A stretch of 62,000 bases of DNA, taken from assembly GCF_004010195.1 (NCBI RefSeq), contig NC_057754.1:12383553-12445552 (forward strand). Direction: 5' to 3'. Below are positions 48,599 through 62,000 of the stretch, piece after piece (positions within the stretch are counted from its first letter, which is position 1; the number at the start of each line of letters is the position of its first letter). The position numbers and the translations under genes were made by a program. The stretch comes from Chiloscyllium plagiosum. Its lineage: Eukaryota. Under the pieces are notes generated by a model. It was given only the letters and a program-made list of their open reading frames with translations, had not been told where the DNA came from and did not search any database.

Positions 48599-51274
48599 CG
48601 CTGGTGAGGTTGTTCTAGAAGACTGATGCCGATTCTCGTTGCCCTCTTAGAGAAAAGATATTTTTAAGCTGGCGAGGGTTCACAGAAGGTTTGACAGGAT
48701 GATTCTTGGGATGGAGGGCTTGAGGTTTGAAAAGAGAGTGGGTAGGCTGGGAGTTTTCATTGAAGACGAAGAGATTGAGAGGGCACTTGATAGAACTTCA
48801 TTAATCATGAGATAGAGTGAATGCCAGTTGTCTATTCCAGAGGATGGAGGATTTCATGACTGGGGCATAATTTGAAGATGAAAGCAGAAATTTTATAAAA
48901 AGAACACTGTGGGCATTTTTAATACAGTTTTTCTTACGTGGAATAAACTTCCAGAAGAATTTGTCTAATGTGAATACAGTTACAACGTTTAAAAGACAGT
49001 TAGATAAGTACATAAAAAATTAAATGTTTGGAAGGTTGTTGGCCAAGCGGAGGCAGTGGAATTAGTTTACTTTATAAATTTGACCAAAAGAGCTGTTTTA
49101 ATTCTGTGCGACTCAAGAACTCAGGGTGCAAGTTCAGGATCGCATAGTGCTCTGAACATGCTCAATGTCACCGATTGCCATAGATTGAGGAGGTGTGGGC
49201 GGAGGAATAAGATTGTAAGTCAAGTCAGGAACCGAAACCTTGTAAGGGAGGCCTCAATGGAACTTAGCACATTCCCACAGAAGAATTCAGGGTCCCAAAT
49301 ATGAGTCCCTCAACGCCCATGTTTACGTCCTGGATAGTGAAAGCCACAGAGAAATGATTTCCTTGCACGATCTTAAAGATGGACACACATGCAAGAGTCC
49401 TCTTGGTGATGTGCCAGGGTTATCCAAGGAAGTAGCCACCACTGCGACATGAAGCACGTGAACAGGCCGTCCGATCCAAAATGTCCATACCTACTAGATA
49501 TCCTACATTAATCTAGTCTCTTTTACGAGCATTTGATGCATAATCCTCTCAAAACGTCCTATTCATTTATCCATCCAGATGCATTTTAAATGTTGTAATT
49601 GTACCCGCCTGCACCACTTCCTCTGACAACATATTTTATACACGCACCAACTTCATGCTTTTTATATCTTTCCCCTCTAACCTTAAACATATGCCCTCTA
49701 GTTTGAACTATCTTACTCTTGGAGAAAAAAAAGACCTTGGATATTTGCCATAACCATGCCTTTCATGCATTTTATAAATCTGAATATGTTCAGCAGGGAA
49801 AACAGCCTCAGTCTGTTTCGTGTCTTCCTAAGCTCAAACACTCCAACCCCAGGAGTACCGTTGAAAATATTTTCTGAACCCTTTCAAGTTTAACAATATT
49901 TTTCTACAGTAGGGAGTCCATAATTGCATGGGTGAGGATCTTGCCCTGTCCTCTCCCTTTCATCATTCCAATCTCGGCCCACACCCAGTCACGAAACTCT
50001 CTACTGAGGTAAACACATTATTCTCATCCACTCCATCGAGGACGCTTAAAACCTTGACACCTCATAAATAACATGTCAGAGGTCTGTTGCTTATCAGCAA
50101 ATCAACCTTTATTTAAACGTGATCCAGCTCACTTAATTGCCAGCTCTCAGAGAGAACAGGATATCTGACACTCTTGTTCTTGTTTGTCAAGCAGGGATCA
50201 CCGATTAGACTAGTTTAACAGCCCCCCGTCAGGAAACTCATATTTGTGAGTTTCATATGCCAGACCTTGGTAGAGTCAAAACACTTCAATCTATTTTTCC
50301 CCTGCTTCCTCTGTGTCAGGGACACAATCTCAACTGAGACAAACCTTCCTCTTAGCTGTAAATTTCCTGTCCTAACAAATATTCTCTCATCAATGCAATT
50401 ACATATTTATAGAACATGAAACATAGAATCCTCCAGCGCAGTACAGGCCCTACGACCATCGATGTTGCACCGAACTGAGAAGTAAACCTGAAGCCTATCT
50501 AACCTATAGTATTCCATTATCATGCATGTGTTTATCCAATGACCATTTAAATGTCCTTAAAGTTGGCAAGTCTACTAAAGTTGCAGGCAAGGAGTTCCAA
50601 GCTCTTACTGCTCTCTGAGTAAAGGAACTACCTCTAATATCTGTCCTATATCTATCATCCTGAATTTAAAGTTATGGTCCCTCGAGCTAGCCATCATCAT
50701 CGAGGGAAAAAAAGACTCTCACCATCCACCCCATCTAATCTTCTAATCATATTTTATGTGTCTCTTAATTCAGCTCTCAACTTTCTTCTCTCGAACGAAA
50801 GCAGACTCATATCCTTCAGCCTTTCCTCATACGACGTTCCCTCCATAAAAGACAGCATCCTGGTAAGTCTCCTCTCCTCTGTATCTAAATGAAGCTTCCA
50901 CATCATGAGCAGCGTGCGGCTCATGATTTCCTGGATGTATGTGCTGATCATAAGCAACTGGTTTCCTTCATGCACCTCATTTCTGCTTCTGAGCTTCTAT
51001 AGACAGTCCAATTCAGTAGCATTTCCATTCCCTGTAATTTATTCAGCACATCATGAAATATCATTATTTTTTTCTTTCTCCACAGTTATTTCCTGGCCCA
51101 CTGATTATTACTGATTTTTTGTATCAGATTTCAAGCATCAGCAGAATATATAATCAAGTCTAGAAACAGCGAGGGGCCTATTGGGAGTAAGAACACAAGC
51201 AGCAGCATTTTGAATCATCCTGAAATTACTAAGAGGTGGAATGTGTGAGGTCATTTGGGAGATATTTAAAATAT

Positions 51275-51610
51275 TTATTCGTGTGACAAAGGTGTCACTG
51301 GCTCATTATTTGCTCATCACTAAATGCCAAAAGGACAGTTTAAGACTCCACCACATTGCTGTGTATCTGGGGTTACATGTACATAAGGATGACAGTTTCC
51401 TTGCTGAAAGGACATGATGAACCAGATGGGTTTTTCAAGCAATCAATAATGGATTAGTGGTCATCTTTAATAGCAGATATGTTTTTGTTGAATTCAAATT
51501 CCTCCATTTACTGTGGTGGGATTCCAACCTGGGAATCAACTCAGTGGAAGACCAGGATGTTATTATGACATTTAAAGTCCAATGGTAATATGACTAGGCC
51601 ATTGCCTCCA
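51275..51610 (-). mobile_element. tRNA-headed SINE of a second family (resembles SacSINE1/DeuSINE)
   Basis: ggttggaatcccaccac B-box remnant, core shared with 16270-16420, and a LINE-like tail. Confidence 0.6.
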
Positions 51611-51749
51611 CTGATGAGGACAGCAGCATGGTGAGACCTAGAGATAATATGATTTGAGAAGAATCAAAAGCCGATCATTTGAAATAAGGGGGGGTTGCAT
51701 GATGTCACTGACGTAGAAGTAGGTGGTCTCCATGATGATGTGAATATAT

Positions 51750-52800
51750 CACTTGGAGTCAAAGAGATGTACAGCTTGGAATCAGATCTTGAAGTCTAAC
51801 TCATCTATGCTAACCAAAAATCCAAAACTGATCCAGTCCTATTTGTCAGCCTTTGACCCATAACCCTCGAAAACCTTCTTATTCATGTACCCAGCTGATG
51901 TCTATTAAATGTAATTGCACGTGCTCCACCACGTCATCTGGCAGTACATTCCATATACACACCAACTTCTTCGTGAAGACGGACCCCCTGAGGTTCCTTT
52001 CAAATCAGTCTGCTCTCAACATAAGCATATGTCCTTTCGTTTTGGAATTCCCTGCTCTTGGGATTCCAAAATCATGAACCTAATCGTGCCTCTCATGATT
52101 TTATAAACTTATATAAGGTACTTATTTAGTATTCGACTGTCCAGAGAAAATATTTGCAAACTATCCAGTCAGTTCCCATAGCTCAGAACTTCTGCCCCGT
52201 CAACATTCTTAGAAATCTTTTCCAAACTCTTTCAATACTTAAAATGCCCTTCCTATGAGAGGCAGACTAGAATTGCATTCAGTATTCCGATAGTGAAATA
52301 ACCAACGTCCTATACAGCAGCAACATGACTTCCCAACTGCTATGCCCAATGCACTGACCAATACGGACTATCATACCAAATAGCTTCTTCACTATGCTGT
52401 CCACATGCGACTCAATTTTCAAGGAAGTATGAACCTGCACTTCAAGGTCTCTTTGTTTAACAACAGTTCCCAAGACCTTAATAATAAGTTTATAACACCT
52501 GCCATGATTTGCATTTCCAAAATGCAGCATCTCACAGTTATCTAAATTAAACTCCATCTGCCACTTTTCATCCCATTGTCCCATCTAATCAAGATGCTAT
52601 TTTACTCTGATTGAACCTTCTACGTTGTCGACTCCACATCTACTTTTGGTGTCATTCTGCAAACTTACTAACCATACCTGCTATATCACATCCATTTATA
52701 TCATGACAAAAAGCAGTGGACCCAACACTGATCATTGAGGCACACCGCTAGTGATAGGCTTCTAGCCTGAAAAGCAACCTTCCACCTCTAGTCCGGTTTC
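51750..52800 (-). mobile_element. CR1 LINE 3' fragment
   Basis: KWQMEFNLDNCEMLHFG, QRDLEVQVH. Confidence 0.88.
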
Positions 52801-52809
52801 AACATGACG

Positions 52810-55150
52810 TTGTTAAAGAACAACACAGAACAACACAGAAAAGTACAGCACAGAACTGGCCCTTTGACCCATGATGTTTTGCCGAGGTTTAATCCTAATG
52901 TAAAATATAATAACTTAACCTACGCACCCCTCAACTCACTGCTTTCCATGTGCATGTCCAGCAATCGCTTAAATGTCCCCAATAACTCTGTTTCCACCAT
53001 CACCGCTGGCCACTCATTCCAATCCATTCACAACTCTCTTCGTAAAGGACCTATCTCTGACCTCTTCTCTATACCTTTCTACTAATATCTTAAAACTATG
53101 ACCCCTCATACCAGTCAATCCTGCCCTGGGGAAATGTCTCTGGCTATTGACTCTATCTATTCATCTCATTATCTTGTATACCTCGATCAGGTCTCCTCTC
53201 TTCCTCCCCTCCAGAGAGAAAAGTCCGAGCTTATTCAACCTTTCCACATAAGGCAAACCCTCCAGTCTAGACAGCATCGTGGGAAACCTTTGTTGCATCC
53301 TCTCCAAAGCCTCTGTATCTTCCCTTTAGGAGGGCGACCAGAACTGGACACAATATCCCGAATGTGGTCTCACCAGAGACTTGTAGAGCTGTAGCAGAGC
53401 TTCGCGGCTCTTAAACTCGATCCCCCGTTAATGAAAGCCAAAACACTGTATGCCTTCTTAACAACCCTATCCACTTGGATGGCAACTTTGAGGGATCTAT
53501 GTACTTGCACAGCCAGATCCCTCTATTCCTCCACACTGCCAAGACTCCTGACTTTAATCCTATTTTCAACATTCGAGTTCAACCTTCCAAAATGCATCAC
53601 TTCGCATTTATCCAGGTTGAACTCCATCTGTCCTTTCTCAGTCCAGCTCTGCATCCTGTCTATGTCGTGCTGCAGCCTGCAGTAGCATTCGATACTATCG
53701 ACTGCACCTCCAACCTTTATGTCATCTGAAAATTTGTTAACTCACCTCTCAACTTCCTCATCCAAGTCATTTCTAAAAAACTACAAAGAGCAGAGTCCCA
53801 AGAACAGAGCCATGCGGGACCCCACTTAACAATGACTTCCAGGCAGAATACAACCAATCTCTGCCTTCTGTTAGCCAACCAGTTCTGAATCCAGATAGCC
53901 AAATCTCCCTGCATCCTATACTTTCTGACTTTATGAATGAGCCTACCATGAGGAACCTTATCAAATGTCTTGCTGAAGTCCATATACACCAAGTCAACTG
54001 CTCGACCTTTGATGACATTTCTGGTCACCTCCTCAAAGAACTCAATAAGATTTGTGAGGCATGACCTTCCCCTCACAAAGACATGCTGACTGCCTTTAAC
54101 CACACTATACTTTGCCAATTTGTCATAAATCCTATCCCTCAGAATTCTTTCCAAACCTTTGCTGACCACAGACTGACCGGGCCGTAATTGCCAGGCATTT
54201 CTCTATTACCGTCTTGAAAAGAGGAACAACATTCACATCCTTCCAATCCTCTGGTACGACTCCTGTCTAGAGTGAGGAGGCAAAGATTTTCGCCAGCAGC
54301 TTAGAAATATCCTTTCTCGCTTCTAGGAGTAGTCTATGATAAATCTGGTCGGCCCTGGCTGTTCCCTTGCTGTTTCTAACCTCCACCCATACTGAACTCA
54401 GTGCACAAACCTTTGTCAACAACCTTCGTTTCTGTGGCTGTGATGCACTCTCTGATTAGCGATGCTACACCTCCTCCTCTTTTACAACACTCCCTCTTCT
54501 TTTAAACGTTCTAACCCTGGAACATCAAGCAACCATTCCTGCCCCAGTGACCCCCACGTCTCCGTTATGGCCACAACATCATAGTCCCAAGTACTGATCC
54601 ATGCTCTAAGTTCGTCACTCTTATTTCTGACATGCCTTGCGTTAACCGATCCCTTTGTTTCCTCGCGTGAGAAACATTCCTGGTAGATCCTCTACATCCT
54701 GTCACTGCCCCATCTGCAACTGTGTCCGTCTCAGATATGTGGCTCTGATTCTCACCCACCTGCCCAACAAGTTTAAACCTTCCCAAATCACACAAGCATA
54801 GCTCCCACCCAGAACATTTGTGCCCCTCCAGTTCAGATGCAACCCGTCGTTCATGTGCAGGTCCCACCTTCCCCGGAAGGTGTCCCAATGGTCTAGGTGT
54901 CTGAAGCCCTCCCTCCTGCACCAGGCTCGCAGCCACGTGTTAAGCTGCATTCGCTGACTGTTCCTCACCTCACTATCTCGTGGCACCAGTAACAAACCTG
55001 AGATCACTACTCTACTCGTCCCGCACTTCACCGTCCAACCTAAATCGCTGTAGTTACTTTTGATTCTCAATTCATTTCCTGGCTATATCATTGGTGCCAA
55101 TATGTAGCACGATTTCGAGCTGCTCAACATCCCCCTTCAGAATCATGTAA
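52810..55150 (-). mobile_element. CR1 LINE with ORF1 esterase, endonuclease start, internal deletion and RT
   Basis: SRVVISGLLLVPR..DGLHLNWRG; YMDFSKTFDKVPHGRL; SGVPHGSVLG. Confidence 0.92.
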
Positions 55151-55723
55151 ACCCGATTGTTGTTCTCACTGATCTATTTGATCATTACACAGTTGTTGAA
55201 GAGTGTTGATGCTGGGTACTAGGAAGTCCAGTTTGTATCACATAATGAAACAGCTGTTTTCATCATTTCATTGATACAATGGAGGGTATTTCCACTCAGC
55301 CAGTTCTGAATATCTGATCTGGCAAGATCGTGTGAGATTTGAAAGGAACTTAAACGTGATGGCATCTACAGATAATTCTTCCAATTGTTATTTTAGATGG
55401 CGAAGTTTGAGAATTTGGGAAATTCTGTTCAATTTCTGGTCAAGATTTAAGTACATACAATCGTTTTGTTTTGCTTTTGCCTGTCTCATTTCTCTATTTG
55501 CTAATTCCATCAGGGCATAATCTTATCCGTGTTCCCAGTGGGGTCGCAGATTGCCTTCTGCATGAACATGAGTGAACCAGTTTTTCTTTCCCGATATTCT
55601 GGCAGCTTTCATGATCAATTTTTCTCATCACTGCCCCAAGAAATTGCCATATTCATTCAGCTGAATGTCACAGGCTTTGTGGTTTTCTGAATATTCTCAC
55701 TCTGTTTATTTAAATAGTTTCAG

Positions 55724-56960
55724 AAATTGCTAGAGGAGGAATTGCAGTCAAGAACCACACATCCAGCGTGACCTCAGAATCTGATGGAGACATTCAATGT
55801 AGCCAGAATGAAAGTGGATTTTGAATTTCGAAGGAACCAGCATAATTTTCAGTGTTTCGTGTTCAGATCAGATTTCAGCCAATCACCTGGCTTTTCGAGA
55901 CACACGTGAAAAGTCATGTAAATGCAGGGATAGTGATGAAGGACTCAAATCCCCTCCTAAACTGGAGATCCATCGGCACAATTACACCGGGTAGAAGCAT
56001 CTATGTACGCCGAGTGTGGGAATGGGTTCATTCAGTCATACCAACAGCGAGTTTATACTGGGAAGATACCTTTCAAATGCACAACTGTGGAAAATGCTTT
56101 GATCGTTTTGGGGAGATGATTCCACTGTGGGAAAGGGTTCAAGTTAACGTCTGAAGACAATGTGCACCAGAGAATTCATCCCAGGGTAAAAGACATCCAC
56201 CTGCAGTGTGTGTGGGAAGGGAATGCATTGTTCAGCACAACTCACAAGACACCAGCGAGTTCCGTCTAAGTAGAGACTTTTAATTATCCAATTTGCAGGA
56301 CTTGTTTTAGGTTTCTCAGGGAGTGATGTACCATCGATATGTTCACACTGAGGGGAGACCATTCAAGTGGTAGCACGGTGGGACTTGGTTCAAGCCTTCA
56401 TCTCATCTCACTACCCACCAGCGAATTCAAACTGGGGAGAGGCCGTTCCTCTGCATTCAGTGAGGGAAGGAATTCAAGCATTCCAAGTTGTGACACAAAA
56501 ACGAATGCAAACTGAGGACAGACACTTTTTTTTAATTGCCATTCTGCGGGAAATGCTTTCAAAGTTTTCATGAAGTGATGGCCCATCAACATGTTCATAC
56601 TGGCGTCCGAATTCTTTAAATTCCGAGACTATGTGAAGCCCTATAAGAGTTCTCGCTAACTGGTGATCCATCAAAATGTTCACACTCATGAGAGACCATT
56701 CAGATGCTCGCACCACTGGACTGCATTAAAGCGAGTATCATACCTCACAGAACATCTGTGAATTCGCACTGGCGTGAGGCCATCCAACTACACTGTATGC
56801 GGGAAAGGGATTAATTCAGAAACTGCAAAAGATGACTCACCAACGAGTTCACACATAATGACAGGAGTCAGAATTTGCTGTTAGTCACATCTAGAAATTA
56901 ACAATTTTCATTAGTTAATAAACTCCAGCTCAGATTTAACTGTTAATATTCTGAATAAAA
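55724..56960 (+). pseudogene. C2H2 zinc-finger array pseudogene A
   Basis: Repeated decayed HQRIH/TGERPFxCxxCGKG units with stops and frameshifts; AATAAA near 56954. Confidence 0.85.
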
Positions 56961-58769
56961 ACAAATTAAAACAGCTTCATAATTAAATACAGTGAGAAAT
57001 TGTTTTACTATCTGTCACACATTTGTTTTGAGTGAGGTCGTTTAGAAAGGCCGACCCGCTCCCCTGTCTCGTCCATCCTCACTAACAGCACCAAGAGGGA
57101 GGGAGGAGCTCATTGAGCTTCTTTTTCACTGAGATTGAAACTATCTGATTGGTTGTTTCTGTTGCTACCCTCCCTTCCACCACCTAATGGATAAAACTGC
57201 GTCTACAGTTCCTCCCTGTCTGAATCCTACACTCTTGTCTTGCTCGAACTTCTTTCTGACTTTCCTGACAAAACTCATCATATCGATGAGACTCACCTTA
57301 TAATCATTAAACTCTATTCCAATTAAACTGCTGACAACTGAGGTTCTCTGTGTTAGCTGTTATTGCTCAAGATTCTCTCCTATTTTTCCACTTGAAATTC
57401 ACATTATGACTTATACGAGTTCTTCACCACACAGACTGAACAAATCCCCACATAATCTTCTGCCTCCTTTTCCTGCAATTCGTTTGAACTTGGTGTCCCC
57501 CGAGGTTCATAGAATCCCAACAGATCAGAAAGAGGCCGTTCAGCCAACTGAGTCTGCACTGACCCGAAGAGCATCCCACCAAACCTAACCAATCATACGG
57601 GTTTCACCATGGCTAAACCACCTAACCTTCATATGACAGGGCAATTTTCACCATCGCCAGTCTTCCGAGGGAGACAGAAAAAACTCCACATTGATCGTTT
57701 GTTTAAGTCAGGATTCGAACGTGAGTCCCTGTTTTTGTGACTGAGCAGTGGATACCATGGAGCCATCCCACATGTGTCCTTTGCTCGTCCTATTGCAGTT
57801 TACAGTGAAGTGAGACTAGACAGGATCACTGTGTTGATTTTCGGATTTGCACTGACAACAACCATTCCCACCTTCACCACAATCAATCTCCATTCCTCCA
57901 TTATCTCGAAATGATCAGGCTGATTATCCCATATCCCGTAGTAGAGGAAAGGGAATGTCCTCCAATTAAAAACTGAGAAGTTCAAAGCCATTGACTTGTA
58001 TTATCATTACAAAATTATGATGCTGAATTGAACCTTCCTCTTCTGTAGAACTTTGAAACTAAATTACATGGTTCAAAATATTGACGTCATATTTAACCAC
58101 AAGGCGAGCTTCTGACTTCACATAATATTAATAATAGTTCCAGACAGTTCAGTGCTCATAATGTTGTCGAATGGCACCTGACCACAGCTCATCTACTGAT
58201 GAAAACCTTATCAAAGTCAATGTTATATTTAAACATAACCATTGCAATGCATTCCTGACCAACTTCTTGTTTGGAAGCATTAGATCATCCAAACATTTGC
58301 TGCCGAGTGTTTGACTACACCAAGCTCTGTTAACCCATTTCCCCTGTGCTTGTTGACAGACATTGGTACCTGCTGGAGAAATTCAGTACGTCTCTCTCTG
58401 TGGAGAGAGAAACAATGATAAAATTTCCAGTCTAATCTGATACTTCCTTGGAAATAATTTTCCAGCTTCTTTTTCTCAAAATCACTCCATCAATTATTTT
58501 AGTACAATTCATTCTTAGTCTGGTTCATCCCAAGGTTGGTGATCAGTTGAAGAATTATGCTGCTGCCTAAAACCTTGTTTTGTAACCAGCAATAAGGGAA
58601 GGTGATACTAGTGATATTACCGCTGGACTATTAACCAGTGACCTGATACTTTTCGTGAGGACCAGTCTTCAAATTCCACCACAGCAGGTCATGGTATTTT
58701 AAGTCAATATTAAATCAAAATCTGGAATTAAGAGCCTAATATTGAATGTCTGAAAATCCAGGACAAAAG

Positions 58770-59200
58770 AGCCTCTTTACTCACTTGTGAACCAGGAGGT
58801 GTGATGACTGAGTGAATCTCTTCCAGCACACGAAATAATAAATGGCCACTCCACAGTGTGAACTTGTTGGTACTTCAGTATTTTTTTTTAGTTTTTAAAG
58901 GTCATCAGAAAATTTCAAATGTCGTTAATTAATGTAAATATGTTGATGTCCAATGAGCTGGGACCACTGACTGAAACGTGTGAAGCAAGTGAATGGTCTC
59001 TCCCCAGTGTGAATTCGTTTGTACCAGAAGCGGTGGTGAATCAGTAGATCCCTTCCCATACGTATTGCAGGTGAATGGCCTCTTGCCAGTGTGAACTCAC
59101 TGGTGTGTGGACAGATCCTCTTTACTTTTAAAACTTTTCTCACAGTCAGTACAGTTAAAAGATTTCTTGGCAGTGTGAACGAGCTTATGTTGGAGATATT
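58770..59200 (-). pseudogene. C2H2 zinc-finger pseudogene fragment C
   Basis: KRIHTGERPFTC..SQLIGHQH; frameshifted. Confidence 0.8.
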
Positions 59201-59239
59201 GAAATGCTTCAACACCAGTTAATGAAAATGTGACTATTG

Positions 59240-60830
59240 TGCCTTCTATTCAGAATAGTAACCTCAAAGATTGAAGTGCAATGTGCAGACATCAGCAGAT
59301 AAAGACATCAATAAACATGGTTTAACCCTGGATGTGATTAACAGTAAAATCCAATCCCAAGATCACTGCTGTTCTTACTTGGTGTCTCAGCAGGTGAAAA
59401 GTTTCAGTGAATACTTTCGACATTCAAAGCAGATGAACAGACTTTTTTTCGGGCTAGCACGAGCTGGTGTACAATGATTTGAGGTGATTGGCGGAACCTA
59501 GTCTAATAGTGGCAGCGCATGAGTTTCTCAGCAATATGCATATATTGATAGGACATCAGTGCCTCGCTGGTTTTATTGCACTTTCCACAGCCCAGTATTT
59601 AAAAATGTCTTCTTTCTCCCCAGTGTTAATTTGCCGGTGTCTCAATAGGGTGAATGACTGAGTAATTCTCTCCCCAAACTTGGAGAACGTGAACAACGTT
59701 TCCCTAGTTTGAACACGCTGGTGTGTCAGCAGGTTGATAAACTGCATGAATTTCTTCCCACACTTTGTGCAGAAAAATGTCCTCTCGTCATTCTGGGTTC
59801 GCTGGTGGACAGTGAGTTCAGCTGACAACCTGATTTTACTTTCACTTTGGAAGCATCCGAGAGGTATCTCATCAATGTGGATGCGTTGATCGGAAATTAG
59901 TTTTCAGGAACTTTCAAAGTTCTTCCCACAGTCTGAACACTTAAATAGTTTCTCATTAATGTAACATGTTGACGAGACATCAGAACCCCTTAACTTTTAT
60001 AACATTTCCCACGGTTTAAGCATTTGAGAGGTCTCTCGTCCGTGTGAATATATTGGTGGCGGACTAGTTCCCCTGACCATTTAAAGCAATTTCGACAGTC
60101 TATGCATTTAAAATGACTTTCGTCAGAGTGACCACATCGACGAGTTATCAGTTCACTGGGTCGTTCATAGACGTTCTCACAGTCTGTAAATTTAAATGGT
60201 TTTTCATCAGTGTCAATACATCGTCATGACATCAGATTGTAAGAACTTGTATAACACTTCTCACGTGTCTGGGCATGTGAGAGGTCTCTCTTCAGAGAGA
60301 ACACGTAGTTGAAGCACCTTTTCCCTAAAACGTTTATAGACCTGAACACAGTCTTGGTATTTAAATGATCTCTCTCCAGAGTGATTTTATTGCTGGTTCA
60401 GCAGTCCCCTGGAAGTTTTATAACACTTCTCTCAGTCTGAACATTTAGAAGCTTATCGTCAGTGTGAACACAATGGTGGGATATCAGGGTGGATGACTGT
60501 GTGGATTCCTTCCACTTGGAGCACTTGAAAGGCCTCTCCTCCTTTGTGACTATGTCGGTGAATTTATATTCCGAGGTATCGGAATCTTTTTGCACAATCC
60601 TGAAATATCCACAATTTCTTCCCAATATCACTGCGCATGTGATTTGTGAGGTCAGGTGATCGACTGGATCCTTGTCCACACACAGAGCGCATGTACAGTT
60701 TCTCTCCAGGGTGAATTGTGCGTTTCCCTTCCATACTCAAAATTGGATGGTGTTCTGGTCCACAATAAAGTCGATGACTCCATCAGATCCGGATATGATA
60801 CTTAGCTTGAATTTTCGAACTGTTCATCGT
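59240..60830 (-). pseudogene. C2H2 zinc-finger array pseudogene B
   Basis: ERPFKCSK..HHCVHTDDK, CTKCGKKF..LLTHQRVQTRE; many disablements. Confidence 0.87.
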
Positions 60831-61179
60831 CCATTTAATTAGGCTTGTGACATTGAATGAGAACAGAAACAGAAACAATTAAATAAAAATGGAAAGAACA
60901 CAAAATTACAAAAGCTAGTTCGGAAACTGAGCTAAATACATCTTTTAATTGATGACCTGTTCACGAGGAAGCAGTGACTATGAAAGCTGTCAGATCCCTA
61001 TCAACATTCAGCAGATGAATACTCCACCAGGGAATGAAACCTACTATACAGTCTTGACCACAAATCTCTGACCTCACGTAGAGCGATAGTCCGAGACAGC
61101 TGAGGCCACAGAACAGAGGCGCATCAAGGTGGTTGAGTTCAATTGGAAGAAAAAGTTGGGACTGAGGGATGAAGCATCG

Positions 61180-61300
61180 CGGGGTGATGGTGAGAGCGAG
61201 AGGCGACATTGAAAATTAAGGGTGACAGTGAGATTGAAGAGCGACACGGAACCGGGCGACACTGAGAGCGAGGGGTGACACTGAGAGCAAGGGACAAAGT
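61180..61300. repeat. Degenerate ~18-bp minisatellite
   Basis: Recurring gggtgacactgagagcga-like units. Confidence 0.6.
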
Positions 61301-61607
61301 AGGAATGATGTCAATGACAGAGAATTGGGGGCAATGAGCGAAAGGGCCAAGAAATTGCCCTGAAATTCTCATCACCAAGATTGTCTATTTCTAGCTCAAT
61401 GATACCACCGAACTCTGGCCTGCTGTCAACTCCTCTGAAACTGTCATCTCGTTCTTTGTTACCTGAGACTTAAATATTCCAACGCATTCTTGGCCAGACT
61501 CCCACATTCATCTTACTTCTAATCTCAATGTTATAATCATTCTGTTCACCTTCTCTATGTATCGAAAACTATTTGCTTCTGTATCTGGCTTACTGTATCG
61601 CCTGTGG

Positions 61608-62000
61608 ATTCACACCATGGAGAGAACATCCACCTGCTCTGTGTTTTAATGGGATTCATTAATTAATTCCACCTTCTAATAAAACAGCAACTTCACACAA
61701 GTGGTAAACCTTTCCCTTGTTCTAAGTCTGGGAAGCAATTCAACCATTCATATAAACTTCTGACCGATCAGGAGGTTCACACCAAAAAGTAGCCACACCC
61801 CTGTCCTGTATGTTGGAAGCAATTCACTCGATAGTCCAATCAATGAATCACCAGCGAGTTCACACTGGAGATAGGCCATTCCCATGTCCAACGTGTGGGA
61901 AGGGATTCAATCAGTCGACCAACCTGCAGACACACCAAATAGTTTACACTGGGGAGAGGCTATTTACCTGCTCCGAATGTCAGAAGGGATTGTTTTCGTT
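61608..62000 (+). pseudogene. C2H2 zinc-finger pseudogene D (runs off the window)
   Basis: [30 protein letters not shown]; upstream fingers contain stops. Confidence 0.85.

Noticed and set aside
1..62000. CRISPR array, rRNA or prokaryotic operon
   Set aside because: No regularly spaced repeat-spacer pattern or rRNA-like sequence seen; content is vertebrate retroelement-rich DNA.

Overview
Eukaryotic, repeat-dominated DNA, inferred to come from a cartilaginous fish (shark) because of its HE1-type SINEs, several CR1/HER1 LINE families and shark-type Penelope termini. Only one gene looks intact: a two-exon class A GPCR of the GPR139/GPR142-like type on the minus strand (20644-20575 joined to 20204-19297, 325 aa). 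The rest is layered retroelement debris: CR1 LINEs (some nested), probably three Penelope-like (PLE) lineages, two of them carrying minimal hammerhead-ribozyme motifs, a Gmr1-type gypsy element (integrase upstream of RT, tRNA-Pro PBS) and a probable solo LTR. Underneath lies a decayed tRNA cluster (Asn x2, Ser x2, Glu) with an inverted ~750-bp duplicated unit and very old L1/Tx1-like relics that tend to lie downstream of the tRNAs in the same orientation. The window ends in a cluster of C2H2 zinc-finger pseudogenes. There is a 477-N assembly gap at 26666-27142. All calls are by-eye motif matches with no database searches, and boundaries of old repeats are approximate.
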